From: Heterodontus francisci
Taxonomy: Eukaryota
Length of the DNA: 64,000 nucleotides
Assembly: GCF_036365525.1 (NCBI RefSeq)
Contig: NC_090389.1
Coordinates: 87,761,611 to 87,825,610, forward strand
Reading direction: 5' to 3'
Shown here: one piece after another, positions 1 through 13,478 of the stretch
How the letters are laid out: each line of letters opens with the position of its first letter
How positions within the stretch are numbered: the stretch's first letter is position 1
Made by a program: the position numbers and the translations under genes
The notes under the pieces: generated by a model
Seen by the model: only the letters and a program-made list of their open reading frames with translations
What the model was told of the DNA's origin: nothing
The model's database searches: none

Positions 1-159
1 TACTTTTTTATTTTCTCCCTAGTTCATACTACGCACATTGTAAGATGCAGAAAACGTGTAGAGCTAAAAGATTTCATAAGTTCAGAAATTTTCTTGGGCT
101 ATTGAGCTATGGCATTAATCTGCTCTTAGTTGGGAATTTATTATCTGAATTTTAAAGGG

Positions 160-1215
160 GGTAAAAGGAACAGAGACCTGGGGATGTGTATGTACACATT
201 TCGTTCCGTAGCCACCAACTCTGCTCTCCCTGGCTGCTGTCTGAGGCTCACTCAGGTGGTTTGCAACCTTGGTGTCGTATTTGACCCCAAGATCTTCTGA
301 CCATCACCTAGACCGCCATTTTTGTAGTTTCACCATCTGCACACCTGCCTCAGCTCATCTGCTGCTGAAATGCAGAACCGTGCCATTGCTACTTCTATGC
401 TTGATTTTTCTGATGTTCTGGCTGACCTCCCATTTTCCACTCTCTAAGCTTGAGCATATCCCAAACTCTGCTGCCTGTGTCCTAACTCGCACCAAGACCT
501 ATTCATCTATCACCCTTGTGCTTGATTAATGTTGGCCTGGCAGTGCCTCGGTTTTTTTAATTCTCATACTTTTCAAATTGCTCCATAGCCTCGCCTTTCC
601 CTATCCTGTAATCCCCCACCCCCCCAGCCCCACAACCCTCCGAGATCCCAGTGCTCCTCCAATTCTGGTCTCTTGCGCCTCCCCAATTTTAATCATTTCA
701 CCATTGCTGCCCTGCCATCAGCTACCAAGACCCTAAGCTCTGGAACGCTACCTCTGTCTAGCTTGTTAAGACGATCCTTAAAACCCTGCTCTTTGAACAA
801 GCTTTTGATCATCTGTCCTAATATCTCCTTTTGCAAATTGGTGTCAAATTGTGTTTGATAATGCTCCTGTGAGATGCCTTGGGATGTTTTACTATGTTCA
901 AGGTGCTATATGAGTGCAAGTTACTGTTTGAAAGTGGCACAAATTGAAAAGGCTATTAAGCATATGGGATCCTTGGCTTTATAAATAGAGGCATAGAGAA
1001 CAAAAGCGAGGAAGTTATGGTGAATCTTTATATGTCACTGGTTTGTCCTCGGCTAGAATATTGTGTTCAGTTCTGGGCACCACACTTTTGGAAAGGTGTC
1101 AGGTCTTTTAGAGAGGGTGCAGAAGAGATTTATTAGAATATCAGAGATGAAGGCCTTCAATTTCATCGAGAGACCAGAGAAACTGGATTTGTTCTGTTAT
1201 GATCGGAGAGGAATG
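160..1215 (+). mobile_element. Degraded CR1 3' fragment interrupted by an L2-like 3' end (about 203-927)
   Basis: CR1 motifs (EQRDLG at ~167; LEYCVQFWAP at ~1053) flank a decayed segment ending in the L2/Deu-SINE-type tail 'gccttgggatgttttactatgttcaaggtgctatatgagtgcaagtt'. Confidence 0.6.
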
Positions 1216-2258
1216 CTGCAGTACTAGGTATAGTTTGAAGCTGGTAACAGTAACTTGCTTCATTGAAACAATGAACTGACAGCATCAGCAATACACTCCC
1301 AGTAAATTGTGCTGCTACATGCAACCCGTGTGTCTGCATGTCGTTTTGCATTTGTTTTCAAATTGGAGTCCACCACATCATTTGGAGCCAGTCTTGCCAT
1401 ATGTTGCAAACTCAAATTCACTATTCTGTATTTAACTAGCAAATCGCTTGTGTTGGTGTTGGCCAGTATAAAAGTCTACTGCAACAATGGCACACTTTTC
1501 CTATGGGTAGCTGATATTGACTTTTGGAATTTCTGGAAATGTATTGCTATTTTCAGGGTGTGTCTCGCACAGAAAAGTTTGAAATCAGTGCTCAAGGGTT
1601 CGTTTATAAGGGTAGACCGCTTTCTGCGCAAATAATGCAGCCTCACAGAAATATAAACTTAGCAAAGAAATAAGCTAGGTCTTGTTGCCATATTTTTATC
1701 GCAGTTGCCCCCACCGATTTATAAATTCCTACATCCACATTTAACATGGGACTCACCTGTGCAAACTTCAGTTCATTACCCGGCTGCATGGTGGCTTTGT
1801 GCCTTACCTGTGAACATCCCCACAGAACCCCTTGGAAAAATTTCAAAGCCTAGGGATGCAATGTTACTTTCTTTACAGATAAACTTTCTTAAGTCCTTTT
1901 TTAAAATCTTCTCTGCCTCCTCCAGGTAATTTGAATTTCAGTTGTTGTTGTCATTTTATCGATTCTTTCTGCCTCAAGCCTGTTGCTGTCCCATTGAATT
2001 CAAAAGTTCAATCTCATTTTCTTTCTCCACTGCTTTTTGAACCTGTCATAGACACTCAGTTGCCCTTTCACAATTGCTGCAGCAGAAAATCTTGCATTTT
2101 TCAATGGTGGATTGCTAATAATTTGAAGGGACCTGAATTTTAAATCCCAATTTCCTCTAGTTTGCTGAGGGGAGAAAGACGAGTAATAGTAGGGTAAGAG
2201 AGTGAATAATAAAATGATCCAGATACCCTCCCTTTTTCCCTTTTGAATTACCAGTGTC

Positions 2259-2708
2259 CGCCATGGCTGTGTTCTTAGCACTCCATCTTGAGTCAGAAGT
2301 TTGAGTTCAAGCCCCACTCCAGAGACTTGAGCACATAACCCAGGCTGATGCTTCCAGTGTAGTACTGAGGAAGTGATGCACTGTTGGAGGTGCCGTCTTT
2401 CAGATGAGATGTTAATCAAGGGCCCATCTTCCCTCTCAGCTGGACGTAAAAGATCCCAGAGCCGCTATTTCAAGGAAGAGCAGGGGAGTTCTCCCCGATG
2501 CCCTGATCGATATTTATTTATCCCTGAATCAAACTCTCAAAACTGTTGATTATTGCATTGCTGTTTGTGGGATCTCACTGTGTGCAAATTGATTGCTGCT
2601 TTTCCTACATTACAGCAGTGACTATGCTTCAAAAGTACTTCATTGACTGTAAAGTGCTTTGGAGAATCCTGAGCTCATGAAAGGTACTATAGAAATGCAA
2701 GTCTTTCT
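2259..2708 (+). mobile_element. tRNA-derived Deu-domain SINE (SacSINE1/AmnSINE-like)
   Basis: tRNA-like head (gagtcagaag..gttcaagccccact), core 'gatgagatgttaa...ggacgtaaaagatccc' and tail 'aaaggtactatagaaatgcaagtc'; recurs at least six times in the window. Confidence 0.75.
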
Positions 2709-3949
2709 GACTTTTTACCAGCTTAGGTCTTGTATCCTCTCCTCTTCCCTCATCCAGGGATGTGGGTGTATGTTATTTGATCAGTGCTGCATTTATTGCC
2801 CAGCCCTAACCTGAGTGGCTTGCAAGGCCATTTTAGAGGGCATTGAGAGTCATCCATGTACTGGAAAATAATGTCACGTATGAAACAGATTGGGTAGGGG
2901 TGGCAGGTTTCTTCCCTTGGAGGAAATCGGTGAAACTGTTGGTTTTACGGACAATCCAGCATGTTCCGTGGTCGTTAGTTTGTGGCATAGCACCAGACAT
3001 CAGATTGATTGAATTCAGTTTCACAAATTAATGTGATGGTGGCTGGGGGAAGGATTGTAGACACAACAGGTGAGGTGAGAATCAGTCTCTGCTGCCATCT
3101 CCTATGTTATCAGTCTGCTGACGCTCTAGCATGGCTGGTACCTGGGTAAGTGTTGGCGCTTTCAGTTGGGAAATCACACAACTCGTCCAAAAGAGAAAAT
3201 ATGTCTAGTTTTTAAGAAGAAACCTATAGTTTTTCTGCTAACCTTGTTGCAGGATCCAATTGCTTCAAGAGATTTTTACTTCACTATCCTGTCAGGAAGA
3301 ATTTCATGCCACCTTGTCCTGGTATAAATGGTGGCTGAAAACATTATAAAGCAGCAGTGAATCTGTGTTTTAACAGTGCAGTGAAACAGTTACTATACTG
3401 ATGTACATAAGGTGGCCATTCAGCCTGTCTTGCTTGTGCTGGCTCTTTTGAAAGAGTAGTCATGCTTGTTCCACCAGCTTTTTGTCCTTGACCCTGTAAT
3501 TTCCTCATTGTCAAGTATACCTGTCCAACTTCCATTTAAAATTATTTATGGAATCAGCTTCCACCACATTTTCCAAGTACAACATTACAGATCCCGATGA
3601 GTCTTTTTTTTAAATGGCTCCTCATCTCCCCGTCTCCCCGCTAGATCTTTTGCCAATGATTTTAAATCTATGACCTCTAGTTATTGACTGCCTTTTACAG
3701 CAAGTTATCTGAATTGGAGGTGCAGTGCCCTGACTGCAAATTTTTTTTTCCCCTCCAGGGAGGGTTGAAGTTCAAGGTGAGGCCTGTATGCAGGAGGCAT
3801 TTATATGTAATTCAGTGTTGATGTTTTGTGCTTTAATCTTGGTCAGGCTTACGCCAGATTTAAAAAAAAAAAGTTCTTGTGGCTAACAAGTCTGCATTTA
3901 TTGCCAATCTTTAATTTCCCTGGGGGGGTGGGGTGGTGTGTGCGCGTGC

Positions 3950-5616
3950 GAGCCTCCATGGTGGTGGTCCCATGCGTCTGCTGCCCTCACCCTTCTAGGC
4001 GTTAGAGGTCGTGGGTTTGGAAGGTGCTGTCAAAGGAGCCTTGGCGATTTGCTGCAGTGCAGCTTGTAGATGGTACACCCTGCTGCTGGTGGTGGTGGGG
4101 GGGTTGGTGGGAGAGAGGTGGGGAATGAATGTAAGCTGGTGGATGGGGTGCCGATCGAGCGGGCTGCTTTGTCTTGGATGGTGTCGAGCTTCTTGAGTGT
4201 TGGAGCTGCACCCATCCAGGCAAGTGGAGAGTATTCCATCACACTCTTGACTTGTAGATGGTGAACATACTTTGGCAAATCAGAAGGTGAGTTACTCGCC
4301 ACAGAATTCCCAGCCTTTGACCTGCCTTTGTAGCCACAGTATTTATATAGCTGGTCTGGTTAGGTTTCTGGTCAATGGTAACCCCCAGGATGTTGATGGT
4401 GGGGGATTCAGTAATAATGCTGTTGAACGTCCAGGACAGATGGTTAGATTCCCTCTCGTTGGAGATGGTCATTGTCTGGCACTTGTGTGTCACATGTTAC
4501 TTGCCACTTATCAGCCCAAGCCGAAATGTTGTCCAGGTCTTGTTGCATGTGGGCACGGACTGCTTCAGTATTTGAGGATTTGTGAATGGTACTGAACACT
4601 GCAATCATCAGTGAACGCCCCCACTTCTGACCTCATGATGGCGGGAAGGTTACTGAAGCAGTTGAAGACGGTTAAGTCGAGGACACTGGCCTGAGGAACC
4701 CTTGCAGCAATGTTATGGGGCTGAGGTGATTGGCTTCCAACAACCACAGTCATCGTCCTTTGTGCTAGGTATGACTCCCACCATTGGAGAGTTTTCCCCC
4801 GATCCCATTGAGTTAAATTTTGTTAAGGCTCCTTGATGCCACACTGGATCAAATGCTGCCTTGATGTCGAGGGCAGTCACTTTCACCTCGCCTTTGGAAT
4901 TCAGCTCTTTTGTCCATGTTTGGAATAAGGCTGTAATGAGATCAGGAGCTGAGTGACCCTGGTGGAACCCAAACTGAACATCAGAGTAGGTTATTGCTAA
5001 GTAAGTGGTGCTTCATAGCACAGTCGATGACACCTTCCGTTACTTTGTTGATGATTGAGAATAGACTCATGGGGCCGTAATTGACCGGAAGGATTTGTCC
5101 TATTTTTGTGGGCAAGACATACATGGACAATTTTCCACATTGTCAGGTAGATGTCAGTGTTGTCGTTGAACTGGAACCGTTTGGCTAGGGGCACAGCTAA
5201 TTCTGGAGCACAAGCCTTCAGCTGTACAGCCAGGATGTTGTCTAGGTCCATAGCCTTTGCTGTATCCAGTGTGTCCAGCTGTTTCTTGATATCATGTGGA
5301 GTGAATCGCATTGGCTGAAGACTGGCATCTTTGATGCTGGGGTCTTCAGGAGGAGGCCGAGATGGATCATCCACTGAGCAGTTTTGGCTGAAAATGGTTG
5401 CAAATGCTTCAGCCTTTTCTTTTGCATGATGTACTGGGCTCCCCATGTTTGTGGAGCCTCCTCCTCCTGTTAACTGGTTAATTGTCCACCACTGTGCATG
5501 ACTGGATGTGGCAGAGCTATGACGTGATCCATTGGTTGTGGGATTGCTTAGCTCTGTTTAAAGCATGATGCTTCCCACTATTTAGCATTCATGTAGTCCT
5601 GTGTGCAGCTTCACCA
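3950..5616 (-). mobile_element. 5'-truncated, frameshifted CR1/L2-group LINE (family B) RT region
   Basis: ORF fragments KACAPELAVPLAK, VPQASVL, QVKSVMEYSPLAW; colinear with the copy at 31190-33915. Confidence 0.85.
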
Positions 5617-6566
5617 GTGATTTTTATAAATGACTTGGATGAGGAAGTGGAAGGCTGGGTTAGCAAGTTTGCCGATGACACGAAGGTTGCTGGAGTTGTG
5701 GATAGTGTGGAAGGCTGTTGTAGGTTGCAACGGGACATTGACAGGATGCAGAGCTGGGCTGAGAAGTGGCAGATGGAGTTCAACCTGGAAAAGTGTGAAG
5801 TGATTCATTTTGGAAGGTCAAATTTGAATGCGGAATACAGGCTTAAAGACAGGATTCTTGGTAGTGTGGAGGAACAGAGGGATCTTGGGGTCCATGTCCA
5901 TAGATCGCTCAAAGTTGCCACCCAAGTTGATAGGGTTGTTAAGAAGGCGTATGGTGTGTTGGCTTTCATTAACAGGGGGATTGAGTTTAAGAGCCGCGAG
6001 GTTATGCTGCAGCTCTATAAAGCCCTGGTTCAACCACACTTGGAATATTGTGTTCAGTTCTGGTCGCCTCATTTTAGGAAGGATGTGGAAGCTTTAGAGA
6101 GGGTGCAGAGGTGATTTACCAGGATGCTGCCTGGACTGGAGGGCATGTCCTACGAAGAAAGATTGAGGGAGCTGGGGCTTTTCTCATTGGAGCGAAGAAG
6201 GATGAGAGGTGACTTGATAGAGGGGTACAAGATGATGAGAGGCATAGATAGAGTGGATAGTCAGAGACTTTTCCCCAGGGTGGAAAGGGCTATCACCAGG
6301 GGGCATAATTTGATTGGAGGAAGGTTTCGGGGAGATGTCAGAGGTAGGTTCTTTACACAGAGAGTGGTGGGTGCGTGGAATGCGCTGCCAGCGGTGGTAG
6401 TAGAAGCAGATACATTAGGGGCATTTAAGCGACTCTTGGATAGGTACATGGATGATAGTAGAATGAAGGGTAGGTAGTTAGTTTGATCTTAGAGTAGGTT
6501 AAAGGTTCGTCACAACATCGTGGGCCGAAGGGCCTGTACTGTGCTGTACTTTTCTATGTTCTATGA
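5617..6566 (+). mobile_element. CR1 LINE 3' fragment (RT C-terminus and tail)
   Basis: INDLDE..SKFADDTK..LEYCVQFWSP, one in-frame stop, tail 'gggccgaagggcctgtactgtgctgtac..ctatgttctatg'. Confidence 0.92.
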
Positions 6567-6567
6567 A

Positions 6568-6930
6568 GTGGTATTGTTACTGAACCAGTAATCCAGAGAC
6601 CTGGACTAATGATTTGCAGACATGAGTTCAAATCCCACCATGGCAGTTGGAGAATTTAAATTAACTAAAAAGCTAGTATCAGTAGTGGAGACCATGAAAC
6701 TGCTAGATTGTGCACTAATGCCCTTTTAGGGAAGGAAATCTGCCGTACATACCTGGTCTGACCTACACGCGACTCCAGGCTCTCAGTAATGTGACTGACA
6801 CTGATTCTTAACTGCCCTCTGAAATGGCCTAGCAAATTGCTGTTATAGTCAAAAAGACAGCTCACTGCCACCTTCTCGAGGGCAATTAGGGATGAGCAAT
6901 AAATGTTCGCCTGCATCCCGTGAATAAAAG
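6568..6930 (+). mobile_element. tRNA-headed SINE with family-B LINE tail
   Basis: B-box 'gagttcaaatccc'; tail 'gggcaattagggatgagcaataaatg' shared with the LINE at 31190; related copies at ~2785-3035(-), ~35610-35845(-), 60545-60912(-). Confidence 0.65.
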
Positions 6931-8267
6931 GATGAAGCCACAGATCATCCATAATGTGCACCAGGGCATGAAGATAACTCTGTGACACTGTATCATCTCC
7001 AGTTGCTTTCACTATCGGGAGCTTACTGTGCTAATTTGGTAGGTAGGATTGAAGTCCCTTCACGTAGCAAAACCATCAGAAGTTGTTATTGGGTTTATTT
7101 ACCCCATTGGTACCAGTATGGTAGAACTCAAACCAAAATATTCCCTGTGCAATGCTTTTTGTTCAAATTGCTTCCCCTTACAGCCACCACTGATACTGGT
7201 TACAGATATTCCACAGTTCAAAATGCTCTCCCCACGCTTTAGGTGAGAATCATAGAGTTATACAGCACAGAAACTGGCCCTTTAGCCCACCATGTCCATG
7301 CCAGCCTTCAAGCCTATCCATTCTAATCCCATTTTCCAGCACTTGGCCTGTAGCCTTGTATGCTACGGCATTTCAAGTGCTCATCTAAATACTTAAATGT
7401 TGTGAGGGTTCCTGCCTCTACCACCCCTTCAGGCAGAGTGTTCCAGATTCCAACCACCCTCTGGGTGAAAATGTTTTTCCTCAAATCCCCTCTCAACCTC
7501 CTGCCCCTTACGTTAAATCTATGCCCACTGGTTATTGACACCTCCGTTAAGGGCAAAAAGTTTTGTCCTATTTACCCTATCATGCCCTTCATAATTTTGT
7601 ATATCTCAATCAAGTCCCCCTTCAGCCTTCTCTGCTGTAACGAAAACAACCCTAGCCTATTCAGTCTCTCTTCATAGCTGAAATGCTCCAGCCCAGGCAA
7701 CATCCTGGTGAATCTCCTCTGCACCCTCCAGTGCAATCACATCCTTTCTATAGTGTGGTGCCCAGAACTATACACAGTACTCCAGCTGTGGCCTAACTAG
7801 CATTTTATACAGCTCCATCATAACCTCCCTGCTCTTATATTCTATGCCTCGGCTGATAAAGGCAAGTATCCCATATGCCTTCTTAACCACCTTATCTACC
7901 AGTGCTGCTGCCTTCAGTGATCTATGGACAAATACACCAAGGACCCTCTGACCCCCTGTACGTCTTAGGGTCCTACCATCCATTGTATATTCCCTTGCCT
8001 TGTTAGTCCTCCCAAAATGCATCACCTCATACTTTTCAGGATTAAATTTCATTTGCCACTGCTCTGCGCATCGAAATGGTCCAATAATCTAAGGCTATCC
8101 TCCTCACTATTTACGACACCAGCAATTTTCGTGTCATCTGTGAATTTTACTGAATATTCACATTAACTCATTTATTTTTATTTATTTATCTTATTTAGAG
8201 ATACAGCACTGAAACAGGCCCTTAGGCCCACCGAGTCTGTGCCGACCAACTACCACCCACTTATACT

Positions 8268-11258
8268 TCTTTGGCCTCCTTATCTCGAGAGACAATGGGT
8301 AAGCGCCTGGAGGTGGTCAGTGGTGTGTGGAGCAGCGCCTGGAGTGGCTATAAAGGCCAATTCTAGAGTGACAGGCTCTTCCACAGGTGCTGCAGAAAAA
8401 TTTGTTTGTCGGGGCTGTTACACAGTTGGCACTCCCCTTGCGCTTTTGTCTTGTTTCCTGCCAACTGCTAAGTCTCTTCGACTCGCCACACTTTAGCCCC
8501 GCCTTTATGGCTGCCCGCAAGCTCTAGCAACTGACTCCCACGACTTGTAATCAGTGTCACAGGACTTCATGTTGCGTTTGCAGACGTCTTTAAAGCGGAG
8601 GCATGGACGGCCGGTGGGTCTGATAACAGTGGCGAGCTCGCTGTACAACGTGTCCTTGGGGATCCTGCCATCTTCCATGCGGCTCACATAGCCAAGCCAT
8701 CTCATGCGCCGCTGACTCAGTAGTGTGTATAAGCTGGGGATGTTGGCCCCCTCGAGGACTTCTGTGTTTGAGATACGGTCCTGCCACCTGATGCCAAGGA
8801 TTCTCCGGAGGCGGCGAAGATGGAATGAATTGAGACGTCGCTCTTGGCTGACATACGTTGTCCAGGCCTCGCTGCCATAGAGCAAGGTACTGAGGACACA
8901 GGCTTGATACACTCGGACTTTTGTGTTCTGTGTCAGTGCGCCATTTTCCCACCCTCTCTTGGCCAGTCTGGACATAGCAGTGGAAGCCTTTCCCATGTGC
9001 TTGTGGATTTCTGCATCTAGAGACAGTTTACTGGTGATAGTTGAGCCTCGGTAGGTGAACTCTTGAACCATTTCCAGAGTGTGGCTGCCGATATTGATGG
9101 ATGAAGCATTTCTGACGTCCTGCCCCATGATGTTCGTTTTCTTGAGGCTGATGGTTAGGCCAAATTCATTGCAGGCAGCCGCAAACCTGTCGATGAGACT
9201 CTGCAGGCACTCTTCAGTGTGAGATGTTAAAGCAGCATCGTCAGCAAAGAGGAGTTCCCTGATGAGGACTTTCCGTACTTTGGACTTCACTCTTAGACGG
9301 GCAAGGTTGAACAACCTGCCCCCTGATCTTGTGTGGAGGAAAATTCCTTCTTCAGAAGACTTGAACGCATGTGAAAGCAGCAGGGAGAATAAAATCCCAA
9401 AAAGTGTGGGTGCGAGAACACAGCCCTGTTTCACGCCACTCAGGATAGGAAAGGTGTCTGATGAGGTGCCGCCATGTTGAATTGTGCCTTTCATATTGTC
9501 ATGGAATGAGGTGATGATACTTAGTAGCTTTGGTGGACATCCAATCTTTTCTAGTAGTCTGAAGAGACCACGTCTGCTGACGAGGTCAAAGGCTTTGGTG
9601 AGATCAATGAAAGCGATGTAAAGGGGCATCTGTTGTTCACGGCATTTCTCCTGTATCTGACGAAGGGAGAACAGCATGTCGACGGTCGATCTCTCTGCAC
9701 GAAAGCCACACTGTGCCTCAGGGTAGACGTGCTCGGCCAGCTTCTGGAGCCTGTTTAGAGCGACTCGAGCAAAGACTTTCCCCACTATGCTGAGCAGGGA
9801 GATTCCACGGTAGTTTAGTTTTTAGTTTCGAGATACAGCACTGAAACAGGCCCATCGGCCCACCAAGTCTGTGCTGACCATCAACCACCCATTTATACTA
9901 ATCCTACACTAATTCCATATTCCTACCACATCCCCACCTGTCCCTATATTTCCCTACCACCTACCTATACTAGGGGCAATTTCTAATGGCTAATTTACCT
10001 ATCAACCTGGAAGTCTTTGGCATGTGGGAGGAAACCGGAGCACCCGGAGGAAACCCACGCAGACACAGGGAGAACTTGCAAACTCCACACAGGCAGTCCC
10101 CGGAATTGAACCCGGGTCGCTGGAGCTGTGAGGCTGCGGTGCTAACCACTGCGCCACTGTGCCGCCCTTGTTGCAGTCACCTCGGTCACCTTTGTTTTTA
10201 TAGAGGGTGATGATATTGGCATCGCGCATGTCCTGAGGTACTGCTCCCTCGTCCCAGCACAGGCACAGCAGTTCATGTAGTGCTGAGAGTATAGCAGGCT
10301 TGGCACTCTTGATTATTTCAGGGGTAATGCTGTCCTTCCTGGGGGCTTTTCCGCTGGCTAGAGAATCAATGGCATCACTGAGTTCCGATTTTGTTGGCTG
10401 TATGTCCAGCTCATCCATGACTGGTAGAGACTGGGCTGCATTGAGGGCAGTCTCCGTGACCAACATTCTCCCTGGAGTACAGTTCTAGGTAGTGCTCAAC
10501 CCAGCGGTCCATTTTTTTGCGTTGGTCAGTGATTATGTCCCCTGATTTAGATTTGACGGGGGCGATCTTCTTGATGGTTGGCCCAAAAGCTCTCTTAATG
10601 CCATCATACATTCCTCTGATGTTTCCGGTGTCTGAGGCCAGCTGAATATGTCTGCATAGGTGTTGCCAGTAGTCATTTGCGTAGCGCCTGGCTGTTCTTT
10701 GTGCAGTGCTTCTGGCTGCTTTAAGTGCTACGGATGTTAACTCGCTGGGGGCTTTCTTGTAGTTCAACGGTGCAATGCGCTTAGCGGCTATGACAGGTTC
10801 CAGCTCTTCATTATGAGATTGAAACCAGTCTGCATTTCTCTTCGTACGTTTGCCGTAGGTGGTCAAAGCTGACTCATAGATGGCGTCTCTGATGTGGGCC
10901 CACTTGGTCTCAGCATCCCCTGTGGGAGTGTTTTGAAGGGCTGTTTACAAGTGAATTTAGAAATTTTTGTAACAGCTGTGGATGAGAAATTCTGCTCGTG
11001 TTGATGCGCGGGTGGCCCTTCTGCTTGGAATGATGCAACCTCTTTGGTCTGAGTCTAACCTTGCTGCACACCAGGGAGTGGTCGGTGTCGCAGTCCGCAC
11101 TGTGGAAGCTGCGTGTGATTTGAACACTGTTTAAGGAGGCTCGCCTTGTGACGATGAGGTCTAGCTGGTGCCAACGACGCAATCTTGGGTGCCTCCATGA
11201 AACCTGGTGACAGGATTTAGTGTGAAAGAACGAGTTGGTGATGCAGAGGTTCTGATAT
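8268..11258 (-). mobile_element. RTE-clade LINE, 5'-truncated in the endonuclease, frameshifted
   Basis: WHQLDLIV..SADCDTDH (APE), EAQCGFR..FIDLTKAFD..GVKQGCVLAP..LFADD (RT), C-terminal CxxC..H..C finger (CSTCGRACHSRIGLYSHSRRC), GAA-type tail. Confidence 0.93.
9816..10167 (-). mobile_element. V-SINE (HE1-like) inserted within the RTE ORF
   Basis: Complete head-V-domain-CR1-like tail; the RTE frame ...GDCN|NYRGISLL is broken at this point. Confidence 0.88.
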
Positions 11259-11727
11259 TAACCCTACAGTAATCCCATATTCCCTACCACCTACCTACAC
11301 TAGGGGCAATTTACAACGGCCAATTTACCTATCATCTGCAAGTCTTTGTCTGTGGGAGGAAACCGGAGCACCCGGCGAAAACCCACGTGGTCACAGGGAG
11401 AACTTGCAAACTCCGCACAGGCAGTACCCAGAATTGAACCCGGGTCCCTGGAGCTGTGAGGCTGCGATGCTAACCACTGTGCCGCCCATTATGTGCACTA
11501 CAAACAGCAAGGGACCCAGCACTGATCCCTGTGGTACACCACTGGTCACAGGCTTCCAATCGCAAAAACAACCCTCAGCTATCACTCTCTGCCTCCTGCC
11601 ACTAAGCCAATTTTGGACCCAATTTGCCAAATTGCCCTGGATCCCATAGGCTCGTACCTTCTGAACCAGTCTCCCATGCGGGATCTTATCAAAAGCCTTA
11701 CTGAAGCCAATGTAAACTACATCAACT

Positions 11728-12169
11728 TCTTCTTTGGCCTCCTTGTCTCGAGACAATGGGTAAGCACCTAGAGGTGGTCAGTGGTTAGTGGAGCAATGCC
11801 TGGAGTGGCTATAAAGGCCAATTCTAGAGTGACAGACTCTTCCACAGGTGCTGCAGATAAAATTGGTTGACAGGGCTGTTACACAGTTGGCTGTCTCCTT
11901 GCTCTTCTGTCATTTTTCTTGCCAACTGCTAAGTCTCTTCGACTCGCCACGCTTTAGCCCCACCTTTATGGCTGTCCGCCAGCTCTGGCGATCACTGGCA
12001 ACTGACTCCCACGACTTGTGGTCAGTGTCACAGGACTTCATGTCGCATTTGCAGACGTCTTTAAAGCGGAGACGTGGACGGCCGGTGGGTCTGATACCAG
12101 TGACAAGCTCGCTGTACAATGTGTCCTTGGGGATCCTGCCATTTTCCATGTGGCTCACATAGCCAAGCC
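11728..12169 (-). mobile_element. RTE 3' fragment inserted in the old CR1, with 9-bp TSD ACATCAACT
   Basis: TSD at 11719-11727 and 12170-12178; RIPKDTLYSEL..RPRLRFKDVCK. Confidence 0.9.
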
Positions 12170-12361
12170 ACATCAACTGCTTTACCCTCATCTACACACC
12201 CAGTCACCACCTCAAAAAATTCAATCAAATTTGTTAGACATGATCTCTCCCTGGCAAAGCCATGCTGACTATCGTTGATTAATCTCTGCCTCTCCAGGTG
12301 GAGATTAATCCTGTCTCTCTCAATTATTTCCAATAGTTTCTCTACCACTGATGTTAGACTC

Positions 12362-13478
12362 TTCTTTCTTCTTCTTCTTTGGCCTCCTTGTCTTGAGAGA
12401 CAATGGGTAAGTGCCTGGAGGTGGTCAGTGGTTTGTGAAGCAACGCCTGGAGTGGCTATAAAGGCCAAATCTCGAGTGACAGACTCTTCCACAGGTGCTG
12501 TAGATAAAATTGGTTGACAGGGCTGTTACGCACTTGGCTCTCTCCTTGCACTTCTGACTTTTTTCCTGCCAACTGCTAAGTCTCTTCGACTCACCACGCT
12601 TTAGCCCCGCCCTTATGGTTGCCCGCCAGCTCTGGCGATCGCTGGCAACTGACTCCCACGACTTGTGATCAATGTCTCAGGACTTCATGTCGCGTTTGCA
12701 GACATCTTTAAAGCGGAGACAAGGATGGCCGGTGCGTCTGATACCAGTGACAAGCTCGCTGTACAATGTGTCCTTGTGGATCCTGCCATCTTCCATGCGG
12801 CTCACATGGCCAAGCCATCTCAGGCGGCGCTGGCTTAGTAGTGTGTATATGCTGGGGATGTTGGCCGCCTCGAGGACTTCTGTGTTGGAGATCCGGTCCT
12901 GCCACCTGATGCCAAGGATTCTCCGGAGGCAGCGAAGATGGAATGAATTGAGACGTCGCTCTTGGCTGACATACGTTGTCCAGGCCTTGCTGCCATAGAG
13001 CAAGGTACTGAGGACACAGGCTTGATACACTCGGACTTTTGTATTCCGTGTCAGTGCGCCATTTTCCCACACACTCTTGGCCAGTCTGCACATAGCAGCG
13101 GAAGCCTTTCCCATGTGCTTGTTGATTTCTGCATCTAGAGACCGTTTACTGGTGATAGTTGAGCCTAGGTAGGTGAACTCTTGAACCACTTCCAAAGTGT
13201 GGTTGCCGATATTGATGGATGGGGCATTTGTGACGTCCTGTCCCATGATGCTTATTTTCTTGGGGCTGATGGTTAGGCCAAATTCTGTGCAGGCAGCCGC
13301 AAACCTGTCGATGAGTATCTGCGGACACTCTTCAGTGTGAGATGTTAATGCAGCATCGTCAGCAAAGAGGAGTTAGTTCCCTGATGAGGACTTTCCGTAC
13401 TTTGGTCTTCGCTCTTAGACGGGCAAGGTTGAACAACCTTCCAGCTGATCTTGTGTGGAGGAAAGTTCCTTCTTCTGA
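12362..13478 (-). mobile_element. RTE 3' fragment inserted in the old CR1
   Basis: FTYLGS..LLYGS.AW..RRLRWLGHV; duplicated AGACTC at 12356-12361 and 13479-13484; (ttc)n tail on + strand. Confidence 0.9.

Larger units (their letters stand above)
8172..11487 (-). mobile_element. V-SINE (HE1-like) split by an RTE insertion: tail 8172-8267, head/body 11259-11487
   Basis: Joining ...ttatact and aaccctacagtaatcc reproduces the intact copy at 56041-56362; tRNA A/B boxes and V-domain 'ggtgctccggtttcctcccac'. Confidence 0.85.
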
